Origin: a virus
Taxonomy: Duplodnaviria; Caudoviricetes
Reading direction: 5' to 3' (one strand)
DNA: 64,000 nt
IMG/VR virus record: IMGVR_UViG_3300033067_001743
Span: 1-64,000 of that record
Shown: piece after piece, positions 8,816 to 19,347 of the stretch
Layout of the letters: each line of letters starts with the position of its first letter
How positions within the stretch are numbered: the first letter of the stretch is position 1
Notes under the pieces: generated by a model
The model's input: only the letters and a program-made list of their open reading frames with translations
The model's database searches: none
Told to the model about the DNA's origin: nothing
Program-made: the position numbers and the translations under genes

Positions 8816-9033
8816 ATTGATTCTTTGCTAACTTTTAATACTTCTCTTGAACTTGTTATCATTACTCTATTATCATTCATCACTGTTTTATATTTGTATT
8901 TTGGTATATCATAGTGTGGATGTCCTTTCCTTACTCCCTCAAACCAACATCTCTTTATACCAATCTCATTGCAGAAGTTGTGTAACTCTTCTATACTGTT
9001 TGCTACTAAATGTATCCTATCTGTGTAGATCAT
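8812..9033 (-). CDS. DUF4031-like protein
   Basis: HLVANSIEELHNF...IGIKRCWF...HPHYDI. Confidence 0.75.
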   Translation of the reverse strand: MIYTDRIHLVANSIEELHNFCNEIGIKRCWFEGVRKGHPHYDIPKYKYKTVMNDNRVMITSSREVLKVSKESI

Positions 9034-9314
9034 ACTAATTTATATCTTACAATATATCCACCCCTTGAAGAAAAGTCTCCTTCATTGTATGGTGGTATGT
9101 ATTCTATACTCATAAAATAAATTTCATTTTCTGGATGATTACTATTTAACTCTTTAAAAACCTTTTCAGCAAAATCATCATCCATAATTTCATCTTTTCC
9201 TGTAACTGATTGTAATTTTCTTGTCTTATATCCATCATCAGAAACAGGCTTTATTGTGTCAGGATAGTTTTTCACTAATTTATTAACTATTGACCTTTCT
9301 ACACTTACTATCAT
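9030..9314 (-). CDS. hypothetical protein
   Basis: 94-aa ORF with 4-nt overlaps to both neighbours. Confidence 0.55.
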   Translation of the reverse strand: MIVSVERSIVNKLVKNYPDTIKPVSDDGYKTRKLQSVTGKDEIMDDDFAEKVFKELNSNHPENEIYFMSIEYIPPYNEGDFSSRGGYIVRYKLV

Positions 9315-10582
9315 ATTTTTATTAAATTATTTTCATAATGGGTTAATGCTTTTATATTCAACTTTAGATTCCCTAATTCAAATTCTCCTATGTCTCCACT
9401 ATCTGTTAGTATATCACTGAGATTGCAAATAACAGAATAATCATTTTGATCGAACCTTTGTCCATCTATTTCAACAACTACATCAGGAATGGTTCCTATA
9501 CTCTCCACGATTCGTTCAGTTAAACGATATTTGGTATTAGGCTGTTCTATGCTTATATACTCTGAGACTTGATCGTAGGGCAAATCTGTGACTATTTTAT
9601 CACACCAAATCTCAAGTGCTGGTAACAGTTGTGGTACACAATTCTTAACTACGATGCCAATATTGTATTTATGTGGAATGATTGGATGTAAATATTCATC
9701 ATGTCTAACCATTGATCCCCACTTTCTTATAAAATTTCTGGTTGATTTTAAATTTTGTGCTTCCCATTCAGAACTGTTAGTTCCTACTTGAGTAATGTTA
9801 GGATTAAACCGGCTTCCTCTACATGTTAAGTGATAAACAAATCCGTTCCAAGTCTGTATAAATTCACATCCATTTAATTTGAAACGATTGAATATATCAG
9901 AATCTTCCTTGCTTTGTGGTGCATACAATGGATCATGTCCACCAATGGCTTTAAACTCATCAACCCAAAACGCCCACGGCGCAAAAACTCCATTAGTTTT
10001 TGAGTTAGCACCAATGCTACCACTATCACGAGAAAATTGTTGTAGCAATTCCATCTCTTTGAAATTTTCTGGTTCAGTACCAAAATCTACAACTACTTTT
10101 TCTGGTCCTGATGGATGAAGTGGAGGTTCAATTCGAGTGAGACTGACAATTCTATTTTTAATTGGATAAAAATTTAAAACTAAATTTCCGTCTAACCTTC
10201 TAACTCTTGGATGAGTTTTTATAGATTTATCTATTTCTTTTTTCTTGATGTACATATAAGCCTCAATAGCATCTAATGCTCCCGGAACTAAATACATGTC
10301 ACTATGAAAGATCATTGCAATATCAGTATCAACTATTTCATTGATAATCCGATCATATATAATTGTATGGCCTAACCTTTTACCAGTTGTATTTTCTATT
10401 GATTTTACTAATGGATCGACCTTCTTAATTTCTTCAATCCATTCTTGAGTTCCATCTGTGCAATGATCTATTCCATAACAAATGTGAACCTCATGGTTTT
10501 CTTGATTTTTGCGAATAGAATCATAAGACCACTTCAAATACTTGAGGTTATCCCTTGTACTTACTACTAAACTAATTTTCAT
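9311..10582 (-). CDS. GT2-family glycosyltransferase
   Basis: KISLVVSTRDN, GIDHCTDGT, FHSDM, GGHDPLY...EDSD. Confidence 0.85.
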   Translation of the reverse strand: MKISLVVSTRDNLKYLKWSYDSIRKNQENHEVHICYGIDHCTDGTQEWIEEIKKVDPLVKSIENTTGKRLGHTIIYDRIINEIVDTDIAMIFHSDMYLVPGALDAIEAYMYIKKKEIDKSIKTHPRVRRLDGNLVLNFYPIKNRIVSLTRIEPPLHPSGPEKVVVDFGTEPENFKEMELLQQFSRDSGSIGANSKTNGVFAPWAFWVDEFKAIGGHDPLYAPQSKEDSDIFNRFKLNGCEFIQTWNGFVYHLTCRGSRFNPNITQVGTNSSEWEAQNLKSTRNFIRKWGSMVRHDEYLHPIIPHKYNIGIVVKNCVPQLLPALEIWCDKIVTDLPYDQVSEYISIEQPNTKYRLTERIVESIGTIPDVVVEIDGQRFDQNDYSVICNLSDILTDSGDIGEFELGNLKLNIKALTHYENNLIKI

Positions 10583-10736
10583 TTTCTATTGATTTGATTT
10601 TATCTAATCGCTTCTTATTTTTTATTGTTCTATTTGATTCACAAACTGGACAAGTACCATTATTCTTACATGAACTGTCTATTGACTTGGCTCCTGTTAG
10701 TTCATGTCTCCTATCTTTTCTGGTTTTGTGTTTCAT
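10572..10736 (-). CDS. small basic Cys-containing protein (below ORF-track cutoff)
   Basis: Translated by hand: MKHKTRKDRRHELTGAKSIDSSCKNNGTCPVCESNR..., 54 aa, fills the gap. Confidence 0.6.
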   Translation of the reverse strand: MKHKTRKDRRHELTGAKSIDSSCKNNGTCPVCESNRTIKNKKRLDKIKSIENEN

Positions 10737-10746
10737 CTTAATTATC

Positions 10747-11703
10747 TCAAAAATATGAATTGAATTTATCTAAAAATACTTTTTCTGTAAAGTTGTCATC
10801 ATATGCCTTTTTTGCATAAGCGTAACAATAATTGTAAAAGATAGGATTTTCTTTTAGATGTTTTGCTGCTTTCCTTGCTGAGACCATATCTCCCTCCTTA
10901 AACGAAAGTTCGGGGAAACATAGTCTTTGTGTATCTAAATAATCCCACCCAATACAGGGAATGCCTAACCTTGCACAATTTAAGGAAAAGGTTCCGGCTG
11001 CATAAGTTCTCATTAAATGAACTGCATACTTTCTCTTTGATAGTTCTACTATCCACTGTTTCCATTCCATGTATGGTAGATATTCAATGCCTTCAATATT
11101 AGTTTCTTCTGCATGTTTCCTTCCCATAGATGGAGCATAAATTTGCTCATCAAACTCTTGAGCAATAAAGTAAGAATCTTGACCTGAATACCATTCTGTC
11201 CAATTTCCTCCAACCATACAACCCGACCTATTTTCTTTACTGGTTAATTGCATAATTGGAATAGCATCTTCTATCATAAGACTTGGCAAAATTGAAACCT
11301 GCTTATCTGGAAACAAACCTTTATAGTATAATTTATCTGCCTCATTATGACAAAAAATAATATCACAATCATTTAAAAAGTTTATGTATTGAAACTGATC
11401 AAATATTGTTCCATTTTGCCAGTAGGTTTGATTTGCCTCTTGCATCGTTGCCCATTTTCCACACCTATGTTTGTTCTTCTCATAGCAACTAAATGCTAAG
11501 TGTGGATTCTTTTTTGGAACTATTACAATTCCAAGATCAAAATTTCCCTGAAATTGGGAATTAATGTCTAAACAGCAATCCAATGATAATACTGTTGCAT
11601 TAAGTGCAACACTCCATGCAACATCAGTTCTCATATTGGGAAAATTCCTTGGATAATATGATCCAATAGTAGTTCCCATCTCACTAAAAAATGCTACTCT
11701 CAT
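10747..11703 (-). CDS. putative GT-B glycosyltransferase
   Basis: MRVAFFSE start, CDIIFCHN, AGTFSLNCARLGIPCIG C-terminal GT-B-like motif; cluster context. Confidence 0.6.
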   Translation of the reverse strand: MRVAFFSEMGTTIGSYYPRNFPNMRTDVAWSVALNATVLSLDCCLDINSQFQGNFDLGIVIVPKKNPHLAFSCYEKNKHRCGKWATMQEANQTYWQNGTIFDQFQYINFLNDCDIIFCHNEADKLYYKGLFPDKQVSILPSLMIEDAIPIMQLTSKENRSGCMVGGNWTEWYSGQDSYFIAQEFDEQIYAPSMGRKHAEETNIEGIEYLPYMEWKQWIVELSKRKYAVHLMRTYAAGTFSLNCARLGIPCIGWDYLDTQRLCFPELSFKEGDMVSARKAAKHLKENPIFYNYCYAYAKKAYDDNFTEKVFLDKFNSYF

Positions 11704-11903
11704 TTGCTGTATTTATCGTATGGTTTATATGTTAGTAGATTTTTCCAAACAATATATAATTCCTGAACCTCATGTTCACAACATGGACTTTCTTGTAAAT
11801 CGTTTGTAATAACCTTTATGTCGTTTTCTATGCAATATTCCATTACATCGTTTAAATCGTACATTCTCAGTTTGAACAAATTGCTCAACTTTTGTTTAAT
11901 CAT
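11700..11903 (-). CDS. small protein, paralog of 24930-25115
   Basis: YCIENDI...ND...P..E...ELYIVWKN. Confidence 0.6.
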   Translation of the reverse strand: MIKQKLSNLFKLRMYDLNDVMEYCIENDIKVITNDLQESPCCEHEVQELYIVWKNLLTYKPYDKYSK

Positions 11904-12106
11904 TAGGTAGTGTTCCCTTCCTTATCAAGTTCTTTTTTAATTACTGCGCAATATTCATATAATTCTCTTTCTTCGCAAACCTTTAAAAGGTTCTCCATTG
12001 CCTCTTTCCAACCATCTTCTTTTATTTTTATAAATTCAGCAAACTCTTCTACTGAATAAAAGTAATTTACTGGAAATATTAATGTCTGATACTCAAGTGA
12101 TGTCAA
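11903..12106 (-). CDS. small protein with UVR-like helical motif
   Basis: EERELYEYCAVIKKELD; TTG start with AGGAG. Confidence 0.5.
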   Translation of the reverse strand: MTSLEYQTLIFPVNYFYSVEEFAEFIKIKEDGWKEAMENLLKVCEERELYEYCAVIKKELDKEGNTT

Positions 12107-12117
12107 TTCACATTCTC

Positions 12118-12687
12118 CTATACAATTTCGTCAACAACTCCCCATGCTAATGCTTCTTGTGGGGTCATATACCAATCTAACTTTTTAGCATTAACTTCTT
12201 TTAGTTTTGTTCTTGTTAGTTTGGTGTTCTGTATAATTATGTTTTCTAATAATTTTTGTAGTCTTTTTGTTTCTGCAACCCGTTCCTTCATATCTTCTAA
12301 AGTTCCTCCCATCCAACTACTAACCTGATGATATAGTGGAGTTGAATACTTATGTGCAAACCTTTTATGACCACATATTAACAACATAAATCCACAACTC
12401 ATTGCAGCACCAGTTGCATATGTATATATCGGTGTTTTTGAATTCTCCATAACAGACAATAGCCCAAATATTTGATAAGCAGTTCCTCCATAAGAATCTA
12501 TGTGTATCTTTATTGGCTTTGCAATGTATTCTAAATCATAAACATCATATAATTTTGATAGAAATTCATCACTTTCATTTATACTTATGATGTCTTCTGT
12601 AATTTTTTTAATGGAATCTTGATCAACCTGTTCATAAAAATATAAATTTCTTAATTTTGGCAATGGTAAATTTATCAGTTCAGACAT
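12118..12687 (-). CDS. clpP: ClpP-like serine protease
   Basis: RNLYFYEQVD, IDSYGG, GAAMSCG (catalytic Ser), LYHQ, DWYMTPQEALAWGVVDEI. Confidence 0.9.
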   Translation of the reverse strand: MSELINLPLPKLRNLYFYEQVDQDSIKKITEDIISINESDEFLSKLYDVYDLEYIAKPIKIHIDSYGGTAYQIFGLLSVMENSKTPIYTYATGAAMSCGFMLLICGHKRFAHKYSTPLYHQVSSWMGGTLEDMKERVAETKRLQKLLENIIIQNTKLTRTKLKEVNAKKLDWYMTPQEALAWGVVDEIV

Positions 12688-13352
12688 TCTTTAAGTAGTT
12701 TTGGTGTTATTTCGTAGTTCTCAAATAGATGTGTTAGGCTCAATTGTAACTGTTCAAAATTATGTTGATTCCAGACATTATGATTATGTGTTCCGGCTAT
12801 GTGTGATTGAAACATGATCATATCTCCATTGTGTATACTTATGTTTTCTTGTTGTATTCCATCATGCCCAAAGAATGTTTTACAATCCCAGTTCATTCCT
12901 CTGTTATGTTCGTAGTGAATTGCAGCATACTCAAATGTTCGCTCAATTAATCTTTTATTTTCTTCATTTATTAACCAACCGGGTGATCTCCAACCATCAG
13001 GATAATTATCAATTGTATTAAGCCATTCCCCTAACATACTATTTATGCTTGAAATTGAATCAAAGTTTGGTTCAAACATTTCGCATTCTCCATATTGTTT
13101 TGGATTATCACACATATGAAAATGACCATGTGCTGCCAGTTCAAGCCATTCAATACTATTTAACTCCCTTATCCATTCCCTATGTTCAGTAAGTGGGTAT
13201 TCTTTATGATAATTGCTTGGTATAAAAAGTGTAAAACGACAACCAAACTGTTCATTTAATTGTCGCATCCAAACTTCTGTTTGCTCTCCAAGAATTCTAT
13301 AACCTTTCTTTGGACAAACGTCATCAATTGCTATATTAAGTTTTAGATTCAT
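12675..13352 (-). CDS. polysaccharide deacetylase-like (NodB/DUF2334)
   Basis: IDDV, AAHGHFH, GWRSPGW motifs. Confidence 0.75.
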   Translation of the reverse strand: MNLKLNIAIDDVCPKKGYRILGEQTEVWMRQLNEQFGCRFTLFIPSNYHKEYPLTEHREWIRELNSIEWLELAAHGHFHMCDNPKQYGECEMFEPNFDSISSINSMLGEWLNTIDNYPDGWRSPGWLINEENKRLIERTFEYAAIHYEHNRGMNWDCKTFFGHDGIQQENISIHNGDMIMFQSHIAGTHNHNVWNQHNFEQLQLSLTHLFENYEITPKLLKECLN

Positions 13353-13572
13353 CTGCTTTGTTTAACCTTTCATGGATACATTTATCACAAAAGTTCTTTT
13401 TAGGATTAGTAGATAGTTGAATCATTTCTCTTGAATGAGGGCAGTATTGTAACCATGTTGCTTCTTGAGCATCCTTAAAAATGTCACGGACTTTCTCTTT
13501 AAACATAGCAGTCCATTCTTCAAGATTTTGTTCTTTTTGATCTTTTAGCAATTCATTTAAACCTTTATTCAT
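13336..13572 (-). CDS. hypothetical protein
   Basis: 78 aa with CxH...CxxC. Confidence 0.55.
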   Translation of the reverse strand: MNKGLNELLKDQKEQNLEEWTAMFKEKVRDIFKDAQEATWLQYCPHSREMIQLSTNPKKNFCDKCIHERLNKADESKT

Positions 13573-13792
13573 AATCTTCCATTGGATTATTTAATATTAC
13601 TTCAAACTCTTCTAAAAATTGTTCTTTCTTCCATTGAAAAGTTATCCACTTTCCATTTCCAAAATCAACTGCGAACCTTTCATCATAAGGTAAAAAAGCA
13701 GTTATAACACCACTATCACCTTCTTTAATGTAAGGCTCAGTTGTTAAGTTTAATCTAATATCTTTCTTTGCTGTTGCGATTCCGTGGTTCAT
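13565..13792 (-). CDS. hypothetical SH3-like small protein
   Basis: 75 aa beta-rich ORF. Confidence 0.5.
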   Translation of the reverse strand: MNHGIATAKKDIRLNLTTEPYIKEGDSGVITAFLPYDERFAVDFGNGKWITFQWKKEQFLEEFEVILNNPMEDYE

Positions 13793-14481
13793 TTATTTTG
13801 CCATGCTTTTAATGTATGTTCAAATGGATTACCTTCTATCTCAGAAACTAACCTTAACATCTCTTGTGCAACTAACTCTATCTCATCTTGAGCATGTTCA
13901 GAATTTCTAAGTTGTTGAAAATTAGCAAAACTTCTCATATTAAACATCACATCACACTGAATTTGACTGTTATATGTTTTAAAATACCTTGCTGATTCTT
14001 TTGCTCTTTTTCTTCCAAGAATAGGGGTTAGATCAGCAAGACATTGATGATATAAATCATTTCCCTTTTTTGTATATTCTTCCAATGTATCTATCCAATA
14101 GGATGTTGGAAATTCAACTGGAACTTCCCCAAATGTAAATAATGGTAAACCTTGATATGATCTTTCTATCCCAATCCAATCTTCTGGTAAGTAATATTCA
14201 TCTTCTTTCAACTCTTTATACCTTGCTGATTCAGCATTAATACTTGAAATTCTATGCTTCAATAGATGAATATGACTGGCAATGTCTGATTTCACTAAAA
14301 AGTGAACTATTCCCTTTTCAAATGGAGTTTCATGTCCGGCTGACCACAACTGATTTATCAATGCTGGAATTCTTTCTCTCTTTTCATCTGGTAAATCTCT
14401 GGATGTTGAGGTCCAAGCCGATAAAGCAATAATTTCGTCACTTCCATAATGACCTAATAATTCTACTGTATTCTTACTCAT
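13789..14481 (-). CDS. thyX: FAD-dependent thymidylate synthase
   Basis: GHETPFE, KHRISSINAESARY, AKESARY, NMRSF...LR...HAQDEI. Confidence 0.92.
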   Translation of the reverse strand: MSKNTVELLGHYGSDEIIALSAWTSTSRDLPDEKRERIPALINQLWSAGHETPFEKGIVHFLVKSDIASHIHLLKHRISSINAESARYKELKEDEYYLPEDWIGIERSYQGLPLFTFGEVPVEFPTSYWIDTLEEYTKKGNDLYHQCLADLTPILGRKRAKESARYFKTYNSQIQCDVMFNMRSFANFQQLRNSEHAQDEIELVAQEMLRLVSEIEGNPFEHTLKAWQNK

Positions 14482-14483
14482 AC

Positions 14484-14822
14484 TTACCAGAAAATTGTTA
14501 TTTTATGTCCTGTATTACTAAGAGCATCAGTATCACCTCCATATGAAATACCTAAACCGTTTTGTTCAAAGTAGGCAAGGGTTGCAGGTTTAAATGGTAG
14601 TGATGCTTCAAAATCACAATAACCTTTGCCAATTGATGCTTCCTTTCTACAACATTCTTCCATATACTCTATGGTAAATGTATTATACAAACTATCGTCG
14701 TTTGCTGTTTTTACTAAATTGGTAAATTCATCAAATAGGTTTTCGTATTTCACTCCTACCATACCAACTGCCTTTTCAGGATCATATTTGTAATCTTTAA
14801 TGTTTGGTTCTTTGTATTTCAT
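14484..14822 (-). CDS. hypothetical protein
   Basis: 112-aa ORF. Confidence 0.55.
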   Translation of the reverse strand: MKYKEPNIKDYKYDPEKAVGMVGVKYENLFDEFTNLVKTANDDSLYNTFTIEYMEECCRKEASIGKGYCDFEASLPFKPATLAYFEQNGLGISYGGDTDALSNTGHKITIFW

Positions 14823-14824
14823 AT

Positions 14825-15181
14825 TTATTCGCTTGAATGGTTAACTTTTATTTCTTCAAATCCTTCATTGAACCTTTGATTCAATTCGTTTTTGACTTTA
14901 ATTCTTAATTTGTTGTGATCTCTTATCTGTAAGGCTCTTCGGCCTACTTCCTCTAACCCAAGTTCAGTTTCTTTACCTTTTCGAATATCACTCTCAAGAC
15001 TCCAAATATCTCCATTGTGTTGAAATAACTGTTTAAATGCTTCAACAATTACTTTCTGATCATAATTTGTACAATAGTCTTGATAAGCATATTGTTCATC
15101 TGTAGTATTTACACCACCTCTAATTTGTTTTAAATATGCAATAGTCCATCGGTCTATTACATCACCAATACTTAATTTCAA
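14825..15181 (-). CDS. DUF6165-like helical protein
   Basis: SIGDVIDRWTI...NGDIWSLESDIR...NKLRIKVKNELN. Confidence 0.55.
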   Translation of the reverse strand: MKLSIGDVIDRWTIAYLKQIRGGVNTTDEQYAYQDYCTNYDQKVIVEAFKQLFQHNGDIWSLESDIRKGKETELGLEEVGRRALQIRDHNKLRIKVKNELNQRFNEGFEEIKVNHSSE

Positions 15182-15387
15182 TATTCATTCTCCAAATTTT
15201 TACTTGGGCATATACATTCATAATGTCCCTTTGTTATATACTTATATTGTCTACATGGACATAGTTTATTTTGAATATTCTCATTTTTTTGATATTCTTT
15301 ATTTGTTTGTTTATAAACCTCTATAATCCACAAACCTAACATAAACAATACCGTTAATATGATTATAACCTTTTTAAACTTTATCAT
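15178..15387 (-). CDS. small membrane protein with Cys motif
   Basis: N-terminal TM, CPC...CIC. Confidence 0.5.
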   Translation of the reverse strand: MIKFKKVIIILTVLFMLGLWIIEVYKQTNKEYQKNENIQNKLCPCRQYKYITKGHYECICPSKNLENEY

Positions 15388-16439
15388 TATAAGGCTTTTA
15401 TTTGATTCATTACTTCTTGCAACTTTACAGATTCCTTTTGAAGTCTCAAGGTTCCAAGGTTATATTTACTTGAATCTTCCAATATCTTCCACCATTTTCC
15501 TTTCCGGTCATCACAGAATCCATTTGGATTATTCTCATTCAAGATATAGTTCCGTTTGTTTGGATGTCTTCTGTTGTGGACTCTAAGTATATTGTTAAAG
15601 TTGTACTGAACGAATTCATTGCCCATAATTATCTTTGCCATCTGTAAAAAAGATTCGTCTTCTCCACAGTGGATTAATGATCTTGGAATGTTAACACCAG
15701 AGCGTATTAATTCACTGGAAATGATGAGACATGAACCATCTGCTTTTGGTTCTCTCATTTCAAGTATATCAACCTTTTCAAGGGAAATGTTGTTTATTTC
15801 ATTCATCCTTTCAATTGTCATGTAAGCCTTTTCACTGGCTTCATTGTTCAATATCCAGTTATCATTATCTTGGTATTGGACCTTTCTATACATTGGGTGT
15901 GTTACTGCTTCCCATGTACTATCCCAGTTCTTCCTGCCTGCGAAACTTGCTACAAACTTTGGGGTATCTTCGGATACCATTTGATGTAGTGACTCTATTA
16001 AGGTTAAGGTTTGTTTAGGCCATAAACTATCAGTTTCTCCCCAACAAACATAATCAACCCTATCACACCATTGATCACAAAGTTCCCGGCGATATGCTGC
16101 AATATTATAAAAAGGTTCAATTACTTTTGAATCTAGTGATAATCCAGCACCAGCATCTTCTATAGGATAAAAGTACTTTAAATATTCTAATTTAATTAAT
16201 TGAATTTTCCTTGATTTATCATAATTTTTCTTCCATTTAAGGTTGAACCTTTCTGCTAATTTATCAAGGTTAATCTTTTCTAAATGTTCTTGAAAATTCA
16301 AGCAGAAGTGAAATGTCACATTCTCAGGATTTTCTACATCACCTAACATTTGAATACAGGATTCTACATACTCTCCTAACATCTCAAGTTCATAAAATTG
16401 AACTAAGGCTCCTATTACATATTTATTTTTTAATTTCAT
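15387..16439 (-). CDS. putative GT-A glycosyltransferase
   Basis: YVCWGETDSL (DxD-like), DGSCLIIS, GEDESF; cluster context. Confidence 0.55.
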   Translation of the reverse strand: MKLKNKYVIGALVQFYELEMLGEYVESCIQMLGDVENPENVTFHFCLNFQEHLEKINLDKLAERFNLKWKKNYDKSRKIQLIKLEYLKYFYPIEDAGAGLSLDSKVIEPFYNIAAYRRELCDQWCDRVDYVCWGETDSLWPKQTLTLIESLHQMVSEDTPKFVASFAGRKNWDSTWEAVTHPMYRKVQYQDNDNWILNNEASEKAYMTIERMNEINNISLEKVDILEMREPKADGSCLIISSELIRSGVNIPRSLIHCGEDESFLQMAKIIMGNEFVQYNFNNILRVHNRRHPNKRNYILNENNPNGFCDDRKGKWWKILEDSSKYNLGTLRLQKESVKLQEVMNQIKAL

Positions 16440-16891
16440 ATAGTATTTGTTAATTCGAATAGATTAAAATTATTAGAGGAAAAAGTCAAGTTTTGTGGAT
16501 AGTACCTAAAAATATAAGCGGCTCCATTATTAAATGAATTTTCTTTTGGAAATTCAACTCCAAGTTTAAGTATAACTCCTATTTCATTGAATAATATAAT
16601 GCCTGTAAAATAATCTACTGTTGAGTCAGTTACATTTGTGGTATCATTTTCAATAAAATCTATCTTTACGTCCTCAAAATATTCATTCTCTAAAGGAGTA
16701 TCTATATTTAAGTGGACAAACTCTTCAATAAATTCTTTAATTTCAGTTAATGGTACATTATAATCTAATTGAAAAGTTAATTTACCTAACTTAAACTTTT
16801 TATTAGTTACATCTACTGCACATAGTTTTCCTGTAAGTGGTAATTTACTAATTCCTATTGACTTTACTATTTTGGTATTTGAGGTATCCAT
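16436..16891 (-). CDS. hypothetical protein
   Basis: 151-aa ORF. Confidence 0.55.
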   Translation of the reverse strand: MDTSNTKIVKSIGISKLPLTGKLCAVDVTNKKFKLGKLTFQLDYNVPLTEIKEFIEEFVHLNIDTPLENEYFEDVKIDFIENDTTNVTDSTVDYFTGIILFNEIGVILKLGVEFPKENSFNNGAAYIFRYYPQNLTFSSNNFNLFELTNTI

Positions 16892-16894
16892 GTT

Positions 16895-17428
16895 TTATTC
16901 TCCGTTTGGATATATTACTGAAAAGGTTTTAAAATGCTGATGTCTTGGTGGAACATCACCAATAAATAAATGCTTTAATATTCTGTTGAAGGTATTCCGT
17001 TCGCCTTCCCGGTTTGTATCTGTAAAGACTAATAAGAGATCAAGGTCAAACAAGTCTCTATTTTCGTAGAAACCTATTCGACCATTGCTCTCATTTCCTA
17101 TTGGACCATCAATCAAAATCATCTGATACTTGCCTTTTAAAGGCACTACGTTGGCTTCTAAGACACTTTTATCATACCACTTGTCTATCATAGGTGCATG
17201 GATGTAGGTTGTCTTATACTTGCCTACAAATCGCTCATCATGCTCAATGGAGTACATGGTATAATCTTTACTTAATACCTCTGTTCCCCAACCAGAACCT
17301 AACTCTAAAATGGTTGAACCAGACTTTAAGTTATTTTTGATGAAGGCATAAACATCTGGGTTTATATGCCATCCACCTAATTTTGGTTTTGTCATTGGTC
17401 TAACCTTTTTATCTTTACAACAACTCAT
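16895..17428 (-). CDS. class I SAM-dependent methyltransferase
   Basis: ILELGSGWGT, SIEHD, ILIDGP. Confidence 0.75.
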   Translation of the reverse strand: MSCCKDKKVRPMTKPKLGGWHINPDVYAFIKNNLKSGSTILELGSGWGTEVLSKDYTMYSIEHDERFVGKYKTTYIHAPMIDKWYDKSVLEANVVPLKGKYQMILIDGPIGNESNGRIGFYENRDLFDLDLLLVFTDTNREGERNTFNRILKHLFIGDVPPRHQHFKTFSVIYPNGE

Positions 17429-17679
17429 ATTTCTTTACATCCTGAATATGCCACATAATCATAAAGATTTGGCGCATAATGAGAAAGACCTTCAGAAACT
17501 CCATAATCTTGAATCTTACCACTATTTACACCTTCTGATTTCCAAGTCCAATAACCATTTTCATCTCGAACAGGAAGACTAATTACTTTGCTTTTAAAGC
17601 AAAGACCACTATAAAATTCATAGTGAATATCACCTATTTTAATATTTTCAACAATGATATTACCTTTTGTATGGGTCAT
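17425..17679 (-). CDS. hypothetical protein
   Basis: 84-aa ORF. Confidence 0.55.
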   Translation of the reverse strand: MTHTKGNIIVENIKIGDIHYEFYSGLCFKSKVISLPVRDENGYWTWKSEGVNSGKIQDYGVSEGLSHYAPNLYDYVAYSGCKEI

Positions 17680-18117
17680 TTACAGATTATTTAAAAGGTT
17701 CTCAATTTCATTGATTTTCTTTTGCGCCTTAATTTCTGGACTTTCTAATTTCAATAATTCTGCTTCGACTTTCTCTAAAATTTCTCTATTTTTGCGAAGA
17801 TTTAATACTAACATTCGAGTCTTTATATCTTCTATCCATTCGTTAAGAGTGTAAAGTGTATTAACTCCTATTTTAAACTCACTACTACTGTTTAGAATAA
17901 CTGCTGCTTTTAGGTGAAAACTATTCTTCATCAATAAATCAGATAAAAGTTGAACAAGTACATCAACATCTGTTATTGATGCCAAGTTAATACTATCATT
18001 TCGAGTGATAGGGTATGTTAAATTAGTAACATAACTTGGTTTTGTTGCTCTTGCTATTTCTTCTTTCTTTTGTTCTACAATTTGTAGAAATTTTTCAATT
18101 TTTGCTTGATCTGCCAT
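17680..18117 (-). CDS. hypothetical coiled-coil protein
   Basis: 145-aa ORF. Confidence 0.6.
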   Translation of the reverse strand: MADQAKIEKFLQIVEQKKEEIARATKPSYVTNLTYPITRNDSINLASITDVDVLVQLLSDLLMKNSFHLKAAVILNSSSEFKIGVNTLYTLNEWIEDIKTRMLVLNLRKNREILEKVEAELLKLESPEIKAQKKINEIENLLNNL

Positions 18118-18121
18118 GATT

Positions 18122-19336
18122 TTACTTTATTATTGTTGTTTTAAGATTTTCTTTTACAAAGAAATAAGTGCGAATTTCTGTATCATCAGTTATTTTGATG
18201 TGTTTACCATCTGTTGTCTTTACTGATAATTCAAATGTTTTAAATGTTAACCCTCTGTTCATAACATTATACTCAGTGTATCCATTATTATGATCAGGGC
18301 TTTTTAACTTTTCTAATGAAGTTCCATAATATCTATTGTAGGAATAGGTTTTTTCATCAGGTAGTATATCAAAATACAAATATTGACCACTACTATAAAC
18401 TAAACTGTTTAAATTTTTATGGTATTGTACTGATCTTGCATAACCCCCACTATAATAATGACCTCTATTGTCTGTAAATAATATTGAAATATATCCACCA
18501 TTTTCTGCTAATTTAAAAGGGGTGTGGCATTTTTCTGCACAGAAATATTCTGTAATATCTTTTCCTACTGTTGTATCTACTATAACCTCTTCAACAAGTA
18601 TAAAATGTTTTGATTGGAAATAACTTTCCAATAACTCCTCATAATTGTGAACCTTGTTATTATCAACACAGTATGCTAATCTTGCAGGACCAGCCTCGAA
18701 TTCAAACTTTTCAGTTTTTAAGTTGTAGAACACATGTTTCTTTTCTCTTTTATGTTCATATTCATGGTTTAGGTAATTGTATTTTTGATAATTTTGATCT
18801 AATTTACCAATATACACCCAATCTTCTAAACTCTTTGTCTTAAATAAACATCCTACATTAGCCTGTAATTCCTTCATTGGTACTTTATTAGTTTTCAATG
18901 AAGTGAATGTAGTTGATACTTTATACTCTTCTGTATTTGTTGGAAGTAATACAAGTTCTGTGCCATCCCAAGCATAAACAAAATCCCCTGATAAAACTCT
19001 CTTATTACAATCATTCCCCATGAGTATATACATTAGATTGCTGATTGTAATTTCGAATTCAATTCCCCTGTCATCATAAATTCGAACCATGTTATGGCCA
19101 CCACCCCAATATCCATCTCTCAAAATACCTTTATTCAAAGTAAAACCGGAATAAGGTTTATTTTCAAATTCTTCTGGCTCAATTGTTTTATCTCTCCAAC
19201 CCTCCCAAGACTTCTCCTTTCTCAATACACCTTTTTCATCAAAATAGATTACATAAGCGAGTTTTTTTGTAAAAGTGTCTGATCTTTTTGTATAGCCAGC
19301 CTTTATTTTTTCTGGTATGAATAGTTTATTGTTCAT
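18122..19336 (-). CDS. hypothetical phage protein
   Basis: 404-aa ORF; no enzymatic motif recognised. Confidence 0.7.
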   Translation of the reverse strand: MNNKLFIPEKIKAGYTKRSDTFTKKLAYVIYFDEKGVLRKEKSWEGWRDKTIEPEEFENKPYSGFTLNKGILRDGYWGGGHNMVRIYDDRGIEFEITISNLMYILMGNDCNKRVLSGDFVYAWDGTELVLLPTNTEEYKVSTTFTSLKTNKVPMKELQANVGCLFKTKSLEDWVYIGKLDQNYQKYNYLNHEYEHKREKKHVFYNLKTEKFEFEAGPARLAYCVDNNKVHNYEELLESYFQSKHFILVEEVIVDTTVGKDITEYFCAEKCHTPFKLAENGGYISILFTDNRGHYYSGGYARSVQYHKNLNSLVYSSGQYLYFDILPDEKTYSYNRYYGTSLEKLKSPDHNNGYTEYNVMNRGLTFKTFELSVKTTDGKHIKITDDTEIRTYFFVKENLKTTIIK

Positions 19337-19347
19337 TAAATTGTTGT